A stretch of DNA of 64,000 nt from Takakia lepidozioides. Its lineage: Eukaryota; Plantae; Bryophyta. Numbering within the stretch: position 1 is the stretch's first letter; every line of letters begins with the position of its first letter. The stretch lies in assembly GCA_030704615.1 (NCBI GenBank), contig CM060732.1, forward strand, positions 7,750,001-7,814,000. Reading direction: 5' to 3'. The notes beneath the pieces were generated by a model. It was not told the origin of the DNA. It saw only the letters and a program-made list of their open reading frames with translations, and made no database searches. Position numbers and translations under genes: made by a program. Shown here piece after piece: positions 1-12,905 of this stretch.

Positions 1-111
1 GCCATCTGCGTCGCCCACTTCGTCGTGGCATAATCCGATGCTGGAATGAGCGGCGGCAAGGTCATAATTCTCTGCATGCTCGACAGATCAACACGCCAAA
101 CCCATCATATT

Positions 112-262
112 AAATTATGGAGTCTCTTCACCCCGAAGGCTTAAGTACTGCCTTCCGTTAGGAAGGTGGACACCTTTGTGACACCAATCGGTGGATTGAA
201 CCCACAACCACTTCCGAGGTGGTATGTGCCCATAACCACTGGACTACAGCTTGGTTGTAGCC
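112..262 (-). mobile_element. tRNA-derived SINE-like element
   Basis: Minus strand has a Pol III A-box-like TAGTCCAGTGG (246-236) and B-box GGTTCAATCC (202-193) at tRNA-like spacing, then a non-tRNA body. No clean cloverleaf; boundaries approximate. Confidence 0.5.
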
Positions 263-1121
263 AAACCCATTACCCTCCGCGTAGAATTGCTCCATCCCCA
301 GGGACAGTTTCACACGCACGTGGCAGTAGAAGAGGAAGCAAATGGTGGCACGCGCGGACAGGTGGCGTAAAAACAGAGTAGGCGTATTGCCTCAGCGCCG
401 TAAATGCAGGATCAGCGTATCTGCACATTACGATTCTCCGAATTCCGTGGACAGTTCTCGGCCGCTGGATATGTAACTGCGAGGCTAACGTGGACAGTTC
501 GGAAGCCGTTAGATGCTCGCGGACGTGGTTTTGACTTTGATCTGCGCTGTTAATATAGGCACGTTACTCATGGACGGGCCTCCGGTTAGGTTATCATGGG
601 ATAAATATAATATTCCGCCATAACACTCCCTGACAGCTAGACCTCCAGAATTGAACTCTGGACCGTTTTTGGATGATGGAAAAATACAGAGCCCTTAACT
701 TATGGGATTTGGTGGACTTGTCGTCGTCGTTCAATGGCCCACCGCCACCCCACTTTATTTATTCCTTCTACTCTCTACGACGTGTATCATTGCGTACTGT
801 ATATAGTAGTTCGTAAATATAGCAGGACACCGAAAATCTCACATTCATCCTCGGCTGGCGGTGTTCTAGCGAGACTAACCAAGACTAAACATAGCGAAGG
901 CGGGGCGAGGAGGCGGGTTGTTAGCGGGGCATAGGATACTTTAGTGGCACGCCCACCGCCAAGCCGCACACTTTGGAGGCGCCTCTTAATATTGCCCGGC
1001 GCGGCCGGTAAATATTAGTTACACAGGCCCTTACTCTTGAGGGTTGCCGGGGTGTGGCCGTGGTTGCGCCACGTGAAGGGATATAACTCCCATTTATAGC
1101 CCGGGAGCTTATTTTACTACA

Positions 1122-1849
1122 CTAGTCTGGAGACTACCGGCCCGCCGGGTCGGTCCTCAGTCCTCACCGCCGCCTGCCGGTGCGGCGCCATGGCGTGAAC
1201 GTAGTAGTGGGGACGTGAAAAGTGAAATCAACCGGCTGACGAGCAGCGCTGCAGAGTACAGTCTGTGCACTTGGGAGCTGCCACGTGCCGAACGATTCGC
1301 AGTAAGAGATTCATGGAGGGATCGTGGGTCCTATGCAGTGTTTTTTTTAAGAAATTTGGAAAACAGCACGAGTGGCTACAGAGTTTTGCTGGAAATAGCC
1401 ATTTATTCTGTTCATCCACTATAATTCATCTACTTATGTGCCATCATCCATATATATCATCCATATTTGGCGAATTCATCCATAATGTTTTTATTTGGAG
1501 GAATTTGGCGATTTCATCCATGAAAAAACAGTGGATTTGCGACAGAATATTCGATTTTATTTTTTGAGGTCGAAATCTGGCGATTATTCGCCACTAAAAG
1601 AATGGCTGGTCCTATGGGCGTCGGACTGCTCACCGAGAATCTTGCGACGGGCGGTCCCCGGTCGCGGGCCATACATCATACTAGAGTGTCTGGGGCATGG
1701 GCAGCGTAGTAGTCAAACGCGACTCGACCGGGTGGTAAATAATCGATCGTACCGTGCGCTTCATTATTGCTGCCACTTATCAAACAGTCGTGAGGCTCCA
1801 ACAACACGTATAGTGTATAGTATATAGTATATAGTATAGTACAGTAAGA
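1122..1849 (-). mobile_element. Non-autonomous Helitron
   Basis: Minus strand begins A|TCTTACTGTACTATACTATA (1849) and ends CCGACCCGGCGGGCCGG-TAGTCTCCAGACTAG|T (1122): TC start, GC-rich subterminal hairpin, CTAG end, A/T target site. Confidence 0.55.
1336..1608. mobile_element. hAT-type MITE nested in the Helitron
   Basis: Perfect 8-bp TSD GTCCTATG (1328-1335, 1609-1616); CAG...CTG termini with imperfect TIR; internal repeated GGCGA(A)TT and CATCCAT motifs. Confidence 0.75.
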
Positions 1850-2958
1850 TACTAACATGACGTAAAAATGTGGGTCGACCGCAGATTCGATATTCAATAT
1901 TTCACGATTGTGGCGACTGCCAGTTTTGCGTTGGAAGAAGGTCGAGGTTTATGACGCCTGCGCGAGGCTGCCCAGCACGACAGAGGAATATGGACGTACT
2001 CAGGAAGGATCGGAGCCGTCGGATCTCGGAGCGCCAGATGCCTCCAGGATCCGAGGGCGGAAGCAAGCGGGGATGGCAAGTGGGAGACCTGGGATAGCCG
2101 GTTGTCCTTGGGCACTGTCAGCGGAGCGCGGCGGCGCCGGTTGCGCCGGTCACCAAGTCGGGGGCGTTGGGGCGAGTCTAAGGCTGGCTGGGCAGACTTG
2201 CGTGGTCTTGCTTTTGCTGCTGCAATCGCGAGGGGCGACCACGGCCGACTGCCTCACCGCTCATGTACGATCTCTCTCGCCCGTTGCTTACGGCCCTGCT
2301 TTCTCTGTCGTTGCTGTCTTGTCATGTAGATTGTGTGCATGTCACGAGGGTTTTCTTTGGTCTTGTGGAAGAGAAGAGCCTTATCGGCAGCGGTGACTGT
2401 GGATGATGATGCTCTCTTCTTCCTGTATCTGAAGAATTCCTACTGGTTCTCGTAAGTTGTTGTTAGCGTGGTGTATGGGTGTCTGTGGTGTTGAGGAAGA
2501 GCCGTATCGGTGATGGAAGCTCGTCTCTTGGTATGATGTGGATGATTCCTTCCTTTTTGTTTTCGAAGACTTCCCGCGGGTTCATCAAGTGTGTTAGAGT
2601 GGGTGTGCAACTGAGCAGTAACGGCTTCGGAAACTCCCTGTAGAAGATGGACCGCTAGAGATAGTAGGAGCTGAATCTCGAGACCGAGTGGTCTCTTGTT
2701 TGAAGTCTGTTCAGTTTATGCACGATTTTGATGTGAAAAAAGAAAAGGGTTCCATCTCCTTGGGACGAAATGGCATCACACAAGTGCGTCGAGCATGCTG
2801 GATAAAGTCGATGCCACATTGGCGAATGTCGGTGGCCACTGCCCTTGGCATTCGTGGCCGGAACGATGGATATCTGAACGGTTGAACTCTGGCTGCAGGT
2901 TGTTTAGACCAGGTGGTTTCTTAGCCAGGACCTTGGAGCCCTGACGAAAGGACTCGGG

Positions 2959-5345
2959 ATGGAAGTGGTGTATCCCTCTACAAACCGCGCAATGCAGTGG
3001 CTCTCCGAACTTGTATGTCATTTGAATACGCCTTTGAGTGCCGGCGGACAGTAGGCTAAATTCTTTTTGTTCTCTACAACGGTCTAAAGATGGTTCTCGT
3101 TTCTCCCTTGAGGGAGCCTGAAATAGCTGTGTAGGAAGGCATCTCGAAGCGTGAGAGCCGTCCTCCCTCCCTGCGTGTGCCTCGGTTTTTCAAACTCATC
3201 TGTAATCACTTGCGATGTTGTCAGTCCTGTGTATACATGTAGTATCCCTGTGTGCAGGGGAGTGATGCGTGAGTTTTGCTCCCGATATCTGCAGGGATTA
3301 GAGGATCCAGCACTCTTACGGCAGTTGGACCCCATTTTTAATCCTTCAGCTGAAGATCTTGGGACTATAATGGGATATCAAAACTGCACCAATTTTGATC
3401 TTGCGGCCTCCCTTGGAAGCTTGAAGCAGAGCGAGATGCAAAGGGTACCCTCTGTTGACCGTTTGTCGAACTTCGGAGGTTTCTCCTCTTCGGACGGCTA
3501 CATCAGTCAAGATCGCCCTCCGAAGTTGTCAAAGCCAAACTCATGGCACACAGGTTTCGGCCAGCAGCAAGTCAATGTGAGCTCTTCTCCTAATATGACA
3601 CCGGTGCCCTATGCGCTTGGATGTGGAAACTTTGTGGGGACTGCCACTTCACAGGGGAACCGACAGCTCCAGGTGCCCCAGCAACTCGAGGGTTTTGTTT
3701 CATCTCAACTTCAAAATGACTCTCATGAGGCAAATACCATCAGGAATCCCAGCTGCCATCTGGAGATCGGTACGTCACCCCGATCAGTTGGGCAAGAGAG
3801 CTGTAACACAGACGTCTTCTCTCCGGAAACTCTGAGTGGGGCTAGTGGTGGGAGTTTGCCTCTCTCCCCCACCCAGTCCATTGGGGGGAAGCGCCAAGGT
3901 GAATACTACCCTGCAGACCCGAAAAGGCAGAGGATGGGTACTGTCACAGTGAACGCGACGTCATGTCCTGCACCTCCGGTCGCCACTGTCAAGGGTCCTG
4001 GTCACACCCAAGATCACATCATGGCCGAGCGAAAGCGCCGCGAGAAACTCAGTCAACGGTTTATAGCGTTATCGGCAATTGTCCCGGGCTTGAAAAAGGT
4101 ATTACTTCGCTCTTGATCAAATGCTTCGTCCTTGGTGAAGATTCCTTGGCCAGCGGGGCTATTTCTTGATCCCATGTATGTTCAGTGCGTGCTATCTTCT
4201 CTCTGATCCTGGCGCATGGCTCTTTGAGCTAGTGATCTCTTCTAATTGCTTTCTTTTCCGCATCAGCATTAGTTTAAGTTGCCGTAGCATGTTTTAACAA
4301 GCCTGACGGAATTTGAGATCTTCGCTGTTGCCCTTTGACTTGAGGTCTTAGACTTCTCGTCAGGGTCGAATCATCCGGATTGATCTCTGAGATTTTGGTC
4401 CTACTTGTCATCTTACCAGTCCATGAGGCTCTTAGACAGGTATCAGAAAGTCTCTGGTAGGTCAGTTTAGTAGAAACTTCCTGTGATGTACTTATGGGTT
4501 TTATTGACTCCGCCATTGCAGATGGATAAGGCTTCCGTGCTTGGTGATGCAATCAAGTACGTGAAGACTTTGCAAGAGAAGTTGAAGACTCTAGAAGAGC
4601 AATCTGGTAATAAAATGGTGCGCTCTCATGCGAAAACCCAGAAGGTGGGAGCACTGGGAAATGACAAAGTCTCTGTGAGTGGGGAGGATGTGGTCACTGG
4701 TGACTCCTCTGAGGATGATGAAGGGTCCATCCCAGAGATTGAGGCACGTATGATTGGCAAAAATGTGCTGATCCGTATGCATTGTGAGAAGCGGAAGAGT
4801 CTGCTGGTGAAGTGTCTGGAGAAGTTGGAGATGCTGAAGCTGGTTGTACTGAATGCCAACATTTTGTCCTTCTCAGCGTCCTCACTCGATTTAACTTTCA
4901 CGGCAGAGGTTGGAGGCTTGTGTTTTAGTCCTGGAATGAGTGTCAAGGGTTCTTTTTTTTGTCAATGCTAGTTTTCAGTGTTCAGTGTTTTCATTACTGC
5001 CTTTTTCTGCACGTTTTCTGTGTCATCACTGCGGTTGAACCATTAGATTTTTCCGCTTCCTCACATTAGTCTAGTTGTCTGAAAGTGTATTTGTGGGAAT
5101 CTGGCGGTTCTGGTTGAGCACAGATCCTGTTTAGAAAGCCTATTTCTGTCCTTTTTTCTTTGTGGTGAGTTGTTGTTGTCTGCCAATGTTGTCATCTCCT
5201 TACATTCATTTCGATTCTTTTCTCTGATCCTCTGTGCTCTCTTGTGCTGACTTGGGGAGGGGTGCAGATTGAGGAGGGGGTAGAGATTACTGCTGAGGAG
5301 ATTATTCCAGCCCTGCAAGTACTCTACAGATCTCTGGAAGATTGA
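2959..5345 (+). CDS. bHLH transcription factor, subgroup IVa (bHLH18/19/20/25-like), with C-terminal ACT-like domain
   Basis: Exons 2959-3012, 3295-4098, 4522-4908, 5268-5345 with GT-AG introns join in frame. N-terminal WLSEL-GLEDP motif; QDHIMAERKRREKLSQRFIALSAIVPGLKK|MDKASVLGDAIKYVK; PEIEARM...VLIRMHCEK ACT-like tail. Confidence 0.92.
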
Positions 5346-5619
5346 CGGAGTAAACCTGATTAAAGGCCCTAATGCTTATCAGGCCTTCTAAGCTTGTGTG
5401 CACACATTCAGCAACATGAAGATCAACTGTACAGTGAACAAATTATCGACCCAACTAGGAGGCTTGTATCACTCTGTGCCTCTACATCTTTTGTCTCCCA
5501 AGCTTTTCTTCCCTTTGAATATGCTTGGGAGGTGCGGAGCTTTTGACAGCGACTGTGCTACTGCGTTGGAGCCTCTACGTTTTGCGTGCCCTGCTCGCAG
5601 TACACTTCGTTCATAGTAT

Positions 5620-6147
5620 ATTACCCAATATGTATTGGTTGTAGTAGGCATAGGATACCATACCCAGGAAGGTCCATGAGTGGCTCGTTTTTCTCCTTCC
5701 ACCACTTCACTAGCTTTTTTTGAAGAGACTTGTCTTCTCATATGGAAGGCCAGGTCTCTTTTCCCAGCAATTGGGGTGGTGTTCGTTGGTAAGTTTTTTA
5801 AGCTCTCTTGTCGAAGCTTGGCCCTTGTTCCGTGCGTGCCCGAAGAGTATCTTTCCGGCTTTTCAGACCATAGCTGGTTTGGTGATCAGCGTGCTTTTTT
5901 TGCAAGGTTCAAAGTTGACCTTGTTTCCAGCTCGTAAGGTGATTGACGATGCTGTGGATTAGTTGTGGGCTTTTTGGGGTTAGAGTCCCTTGTAGTACCA
6001 GCCAAAACCCTTTTGGAAAGAACCACTTTCATAGTCTAGAAGAAGAGCTTGGGCCAAGCTTGGTCGGGGTAGCTGATTCTGCAGCTTTTTTTTGTGGCTC
6101 CCTGCGATTTGTTCTCAGGACCATATTTCCTTCCTAAATAAATAAAT
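5620..6147 (+). mobile_element. Possible degenerate LINE 3' remnant
   Basis: ORF 5680-5937 has CLLIWKARSLF, like the LINE ORF2 C-terminal IWKARN motif; ends in an AATAAATAAA tract. Confidence 0.3.
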
Positions 6148-9119
6148 GACAAATCTTTGAATCATGTGATGCGCTTTTGTTGTACTTTCAATGTAAGGAG
6201 TAGATGGAAGATAACTGATTTAGCCGTAACCATCTAAAAATATGACCAATGATTTGGTAGCTTTGTTGGAGGCCTGTTACAAATTGCTACAAATACTATG
6301 TGTGTCTGTTTGTGAATGGAGTCTTGTGGTAAGTCAAATGAGAGGTGTAGAGACTCTGCAAACGCAGACTTGGCAGTATAGAAGACCTGCTTCTGGTGGA
6401 CTGTCCCTCAGTACTGCATCCACCGTCTGATGTATCTTGTTGTGGTGGGTTGGTGATATGTGATTCTGGCAGTATGGCTGTACCCTTTACTAGCTAATGT
6501 TGTAGCAGCAGTTTTTCAGGGTCCTTGACTTTTAGGGATTTGCTTGGATGAAGGTAACTTGGAAGACCTAAAATGAAGGCCTGAATCAAAGCTCCCCTGG
6601 CCTGCTGCCAACAAGATCTAAACAAGACGCCACAGCCCGGCACCGAAAGTAGTTGCTATGCTGCCGAACTGGGCATAAATGGCTTTTAGGGACCAATTCA
6701 AGGGGCCAGTGCTGCCTGGCGGCCCTCTCTGACTGTGGTGGAGGAGGTGGCCCCAATACCAGGAGTTTGGGCAAACAGTTGAGCCCCCACTGAGGGTGGG
6801 CCAGAGGTAAAGCTGTTACCCCAGGGCGTAGCCTCCCAACTGCACCTGTCGTAAAGCAAAGCCCAAAAAGTTATCCCTGTCTCTCGGAATGTAGAATGGC
6901 GCTGGGCAGAACCACGTAATCCAGCAGGATGAAGCGACACCATAAGTTACACTTCCTTTGGGATGAATCGTCTTTCTTTTCGTAATGGAATTGCAGGGCT
7001 CCATGCACCAATCAAGCAGGGGGCAGGTCATAATGGACCTGTGCCCATGGCCTTATTATTAGAGCTTCCTTCCATGTGGAGGGCCGGGACCAAGGCTGCC
7101 AAGTCTGTGTGGAGATTGAGCCAGACTTGTTGAGCCAAATTACGACCATGTGACCATGTGCAGCCTTCTGGCAAAGTGAACCCACCTCAAATGGTTGCAT
7201 CCACATAAGACCCGAGTTTAATGTTTGTCAAGGGTTATTGGGACCACTCACTAATTTGACTAGGCCCGCTTGTCACCCGCCCCCTCCTCTGGGTCCCACA
7301 CCTCGACTCCCTACGATGGAGGTTTAAAAAATAATAATTGGGTAAGCACCATCCAGGGTTATAGGGGTAATATGTTTTGTATAGGGGAAAGGCAGCTGAT
7401 GAGGCCCTTCCACCGGTGGAAGAGCCTGTGAAGACTTGTTTTGAGCTGAAGGAATATGCGGTGCTCCTCAACCCTTTCGCTCAGAAAGGATAAGGGGAGT
7501 AGATCAAAAGAGCTTGCTTTGCACATAAGCAGGCACCAGAGCACGCAGAGGACTCCACATAGGATCTCAAAGCTCATTCATTCATTGGCAGACGCACAGA
7601 ACACATACACATACACCATTCGTACATCTGTTCACCAAAAGACCCTTTACTCTAGTTCCATTGAACCTTATAGCCCGGGTTAGGCCTGAGGCCATGTGTT
7701 TACAAACCATGGGGCGGCCAGATTACCATCAAATCAGACCGTTTCTTAACAGACGGTGCGGATGCAGCCGCCTGCTCCTAGGATACCCGTATGCCAACGT
7801 ATGTATAATGGCCATCACTGTCAAATACATTAACCCTTAAGTTCCCAAGCGACCTGAATCGGGTCACTTTGAATTTGCAGTTTGACCTAATTTTTGCAGA
7901 TCTAATCTGATGGGGCCCACTCCCGAAGCTTTAATGACAAGGGATTTGTCTCGAGTATGATGCAAAAAACAAAAAACAAAAAAAAAAAAGCTTCAACCTA
8001 CAAAAAATATCTTAAGCTTCCCTAGTTACATTGCTCTGCCAGTAAGGGCTCATTCCAACTGGCAAACGAATCAAACCAAAGCTGGATCTCTACATCCATC
8101 AGGGTGGCATCGCTCGCGAGCCTTAGGGGCTCTGTATTCTGATTCCCTGCGGCTTCTAGTTTCTGAGTCGTGTCCATATTAATGTATTTATTAGGCAACT
8201 TTGTGCGCAGAATGTAGCCATTTCTCAACCATTTTCCTTCATACTTGGTGCCAATGTTTCCAATTTGAACTGACAAATTGCAAGAAGCTTGGTAGGGGGG
8301 TTGTGGCCACCTTGTTCGTCTGGTAAGTTCCTTGATAAGCTTCATATTGACTGCTTGCCAAGGTCAGAAAATGTAGCACCACATTTGTGGTTGTCCGCTA
8401 ACCATTGAGCGAGACAAGAGCATTCATTAGTCGCTTGACTCTGTGGGTGAGATATATTTGTCCTAACAGACCGTCCACATCCAGCCTATTCTCATTACCA
8501 ACGAAAACAAGATCACCCAATTGCAAAGGACAGGTGCTGCACTCACATCGAGGACTGTGCAATTGACGGAATTCAGCAAATTGGAGGTCTCTGTAATTGA
8601 AGAAGTTCGGGAACCTTCTAGAAACCTCAGAGCATGCCTTGTTTGTCTTCTTTGTGTCTATAGAGACGTCCTCCAGTTCAATGCTTAGTTGTAAGAAACC
8701 AGGGGTCATATCTAAGCGGAGGTGAATGCCCCCTCCATAGAAGATGCTTCTCAAGGATGTAGTGGCCAGCTGAATTACGCACACTGTTGTTCGGACCTCT
8801 TGCATTCTTATTTAACTGCACATCTATACGCGAGAATGAAGCCACAATGTTTAGGGGGTGGCAGTGAGGCCAGTGTGGATGCATTGACAGGTCGGGTGGC
8901 CTGGGCACTTTGACCATAGCTGAAAATTGGGCCTTTGAAGGTTGGTCAGTTGAGGTAGCAGCTCGCCCGCTCCATCTCCCAACAGCGGTAATGGTTGATC
9001 GTTCCCCCACAGACCGCCCACTTGAGCGAGGGTTCACTTTAAATGGCAACATCCATTGTCGCTCTGGAACCATGGAAAGATTACTCTCCTCTCTCCAGTT
9101 TATTGTCGTGTGGGGGATA

Positions 9120-9790
9120 TCGGCTAGGTGTTCGGCGTTTCCACCTTGGGGACTATGTGTATCTGCAGCAGACAACGCCTACGACTTTGGATGTCATAGC
9201 AGGGCGTGTAATTCTAAGGGTCCGGGAGGTGTTGCCTTCAGGAGTGTTGATTCTGGAAGGTCAAGATGGCATGGTATAGAAGGACCATGTGCGCAATTGT
9301 GCGCCATGTCATCTTCCACATGTGGATGGGAGGATAGATCCCAACCTTGCAGTGGTACTTGCAGGGTTGCATTGCAGGCTATGTGGGCATGCTGGTGGTG
9401 CCGCAACCATGTTGGTGTGTGACAAATGCTCAAGGGGGTGGCACATGGGATGCTTGACACCGCCCTTGAGGAGGTTCCTGGTGGAGAATGGTTGTGTCCA
9501 TGATGCCTTGGCCATAGGTAGTGGGCATGACAATGGTGTAGTTGACAAGTGATCCGAGGTCTAGCTGGTGGGAGCTCAATTGCAAGCAGACGACTAATGA
9601 TGGGGCTCTCGTTGCACCCGGCCTCTTGATCCATATACTTTAGAAAATTGTGAGATGTGCGATTGAAGACCAAACGATGATCTTATTGAGATGGATACTT
9701 GTCAGCTATCTGGTGTTAGAAGGACCTAATCACCAGCTAGGGGGGCAATTGTGGCATAGCTTTCTAGGATTGTGTGCTTAGAATGTATGG
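9120..9790 (+). mobile_element. 3' remnant of a Ty3/Gypsy element: integrase tail, PHD finger, PPT, LTR start
   Basis: FHLGDYVYLQQ...LRVREVLPSGVLILEG, then CAPCHLPH...CRLC...MLVCDKCSRGWHMGCLTPPL (C4HC3 PHD, frameshifted); purine tract AGGGGGG then TGTGGCA at ~9739-9756. Confidence 0.7.
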
Positions 9791-9821
9791 TGGACAACGA
9801 TGTATGTTGTGGGGGTGAATG

Positions 9822-10551
9822 CAAGGTTGACTGGACCAAAATGGACGTTACCAGCACAGTTTTAGATGACTGCAATTGATGGTGTCATCAATTGAAATTG
9901 AATTAACTCATTAAAACCAGAAAATATATATGTCATTGGATTTCTAGCTTCAATACGCACCCATAGCAACTCTCCAATCATGAATCCGATAAGAAATGAC
10001 TCCGCTATGGACTTTTGAACACCGTCATTGTGGACTGTTACCGCAATGAATGGAATTACAATGGACTCAAATTCTCCTATGTGCCATTGGTGAATTCCAT
10101 TGAAATTTGGACATAAAATGGCCATTTTGGTCCACATCATAGGTATGTATTTGAAGTGGCAAAATCATTTGTCATTTGACTCATATGGACTAATATATGT
10201 TAAAAAAATAGGCATTTTTTGAAAAGTCCATAGCTTATCTTGTTTTTTGGATTTTGGGTGTCATTTTTTTTTCTAGAAGTATAAAAACCTATTAATCTTC
10301 AATGGCTAGGTGTCATATTGAAATGTTTTTGTAAACTCTAATTTTTAGTTTTTCATAATTTCTCTAAATAATAGACTAAAATATTTAATGAATTATATCT
10401 TTAATATTTGGGGTAGGACTCTTTACTAAATATGTTCAGTATACCATTATCTATCATTAAAAAAATTATTTTGGGATAGTATCATCATTTTTTTTTTGGG
10501 TCATGGACTTTCATGGAGCAGGATCTGCCGTTTTTGGTCCACTCAACCCTG
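9822..10551. mobile_element. Non-autonomous hAT-like element
   Basis: TIR CAAGGTTGACTGGACCAAAA vs CAGGGTTGAGTGGACCAAAA (18/20); AT-rich interior with repeated ATGGAC/GTCCAT and GTCATT motifs; no matching TSD. Confidence 0.55.
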
Positions 10552-10619
10552 CAACTGCCCTGTGGAAGAGAAGCCAAGGAGCTACATAGGCTTGGCTTGA
10601 AGAAAACAAGGGCAAGCAC

Positions 10620-11010
10620 TTGGAGAGCATTAGGAAGCTCAAGAGAGCATACGATTCCATTCAACGGCCACCCAATCTCACAGTTGAGGGCATTTTGGAC
10701 CAAGGGAGGCAACCACAGAGGGTGCGACATGATGACCATCCACCTCTAGCAGTGGTAAATTGAGTGGGGCAACCACGTGCGGCCTTGCCTACGCTCATGA
10801 GCTTTCCCTCGTCTCATGCTTTTCGAGACAATGGTTCTGGGTTGATTTGGGACAATGTGCTACAGCAATTGGTGGAGCCCAATGCAGATGAACGAGAGCG
10901 GGCAATGGGATTTGCCACGGGCACTACAGCTGTGCCAGTTCTGTCAGAGGCATCACGACGCCAGGTGTTGGGTCAGGCAATGGATCTCAATTGCTTGACA
11001 TGGGTCATTG
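10620..11010 (+). pseudogene. C-terminal fragment of a retrotransposon-borne C5-cytosine DNA methyltransferase-like domain
   Basis: Frame of ORF 10764 reads ...DDHPPLAVVN*VGQPRAALPTLMSF...EPNADERERAMGFATGTT...SEASRRQVLGQAMD, resembling C5-MTase motifs IX (E-x-x-R-x-x-G-F) and X (LGNA-like). In-frame stop at 10761; catalytic PC motif absent from fragment. Confidence 0.6.
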
Positions 11011-11204
11011 GCCACCTTGGCCTCCAACTGATCCTCAGTGTATGGCTCTCCCCACTCCTCATATTGCTGCTTGAGAGATCCAATGACTCTCTCTTTCCGC
11101 ATCTCATCCCACATCTGCCATGGGTGTTTGCACCCCATGATCCTGTGCTCGTCCCCACTCATTGCCTCAACCGTTCCGGTTCGCAGAGGGGGTGCACGAC
11201 ATAA

Positions 11205-12612
11205 GGGCCAGACCACAACCCCTTAAATCTCTTGAGGACAAAATATGTTGATCACACTAGTTGTGAGAATTATCCAAGCCATACCACACCACAATTGGAG
11301 CAATTGGCAAGGAGATAGACCCATCTAAATAGTTGAAAGTCCGGAAACTTGAACTACAAGTGCAGATCTGTTGGGGGCCAGACCACAACCCCTTAAGAAA
11401 ATTCAGAGCTCAGCAGGCCACCATAACTTGATCACACTAGTTGTTATGTACGTTTCAAGCCATAGCACACCACAATTAGAGCAATTGGCAAGGAGATAGG
11501 CCCATCTGAATAGTTGAACGTTCGAAAACTTGAACAACAAGTGTAGATCTGTTGGGGGCCAGACCAAAACCCCTTAAGAAAATTCCGATCTCAGGAGGCT
11601 ACCATACCTTGATTACACTAGTTGTTAGAAAAAGTTTCAAACCATAGCACACCACAATTGGAGCAATTAGTAATGAGATAGGCCCATCTGAGTACCTGAA
11701 CGTCTGGAAATGTGAATTACAAGTGCAGATTTGTTGGGGGCCAGACCAAAACCCCTTAAGAAAATTCAGAGCTCAATTGGCCACCATAACTTGATCACAC
11801 TAGTTGTTAGAAATGTTTCAAGCCATAGCAAACCACAATTGGAGTAGTTGCCAAGGAGATAGGCCCATTTGAGTACCTAAACGTCTGGAAACTTGAACAA
11901 CAAGTGCAGATCTGTTGGGGGCCAGACCACAACCCTTTAATAACATTAAGAGCTCAGGAGGCCACCATACCTTGATCACACTATTGTTATGAATGTTTCA
12001 AGCCATAGCACACCACAACTGGAGCAATTGCCAAGGAAATAAGCCCATCTGAGTACCTGAACGTCCGGAAACTTGAACAACAAGTGCAGATCGTTGGGGG
12101 CCAGACCACAACCCCTTAAGAAAATTCAGAGTTCAGGAGGCCACCATATGTTGATCACACTATTTGTTAGAAATGTTTCAAGCCATAGCACACCACAACT
12201 GGAGCAATTGCCAAGGAGATAGGCCCATCTGAGTACCTGAACGTCTGGAAACTTGAACAACAAGTGCAGATCTGTTGGGGGCCAGACCACAACCCCTTAA
12301 GAAAATTAAGAGCTCAGGAGGCCACCATAACTTAATCACACTAGTTGTTAGAAATTTTTCAAGCCATAGCACACCACAATTGGAGGAATTGGCAAGGAGA
12401 TGGACCCATCTGAGTACCTGAACGTCCGGAAACTTGAACAACAAGTGCAGATTTGTTGGGGGCCAGACCACAATACCTTAAGAAAATTCAAAGCTCAGGA
12501 GACCACCATACCTTGATTACACTAGTTGTTAGAAATGTTTCAAGACATAGCACACCACAACTGGAGCAAGTGCCAAGGAGGTAGGCCCATCTAAGTACCT
12601 GAACGTCCGGAA
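11205..12612 (+). repeat. 181-bp tandem satellite array (~8 units)
   Basis: Units starting GGGCCAGACC at 11205, 11375, 11556, 11738, 11919, 12098, 12279, 12460. Confidence 0.95.
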
Positions 12613-12677
12613 CCTTCAGAGCTTTGGAATTTCTTAAGGTGTTGTGGTCTGGCCCCCAGTAGATTTGCACTTACTCT

Positions 12678-12905
12678 TGTGGTGATACATGAAAATGTTT
12701 AAGTGGTTTGTGCACCTGTGGCAGACTTTAAAAAACATACAAGTGTCCAAATCATTGTAGGATGATGCTATTGAACAGATCCAAACAATCAACTTTATTC
12801 TGAATGTGAATCACAATATTCATTATGTGAAGCACTTTCCTCAACTAGAACAATGTTTGGTCATACGAAACTAGCTTGAAATATTGTAGCCAACATAGCC
12901 AGCTC
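12678..12905. repeat. Block with an inverted copy at ~15600-15845
   Basis: GTGGTGATACATGAAAA...TTTAAGTGGTTTGTGCACCTGTG...TGTAGGATGATGCTATTGAACA is the reverse complement of 15720-15843. Confidence 0.8.

Noticed and set aside
112-262. Functional tRNA gene (also ~47930-47995 and ~55650-55729)
   Set aside because: A/B boxes are present but I could not fold a cloverleaf; better explained as SINE heads.
6586-7206. LINE ORF1 or gag zinc-knuckle remnant on the minus strand
   Set aside because: A CCHC motif can only be built by assuming several indels.
7226-7751. Solo LTR (TGTCAAG...CTTAACA)
   Set aside because: TG...CA ends and a TATA-like core, but no TSD, PBS/PPT or second copy in the window.
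12178-12670. ORFs within the 181-bp satellite
   Set aside because: Unit length is not divisible by 3, so the frame shifts every unit; non-coding.
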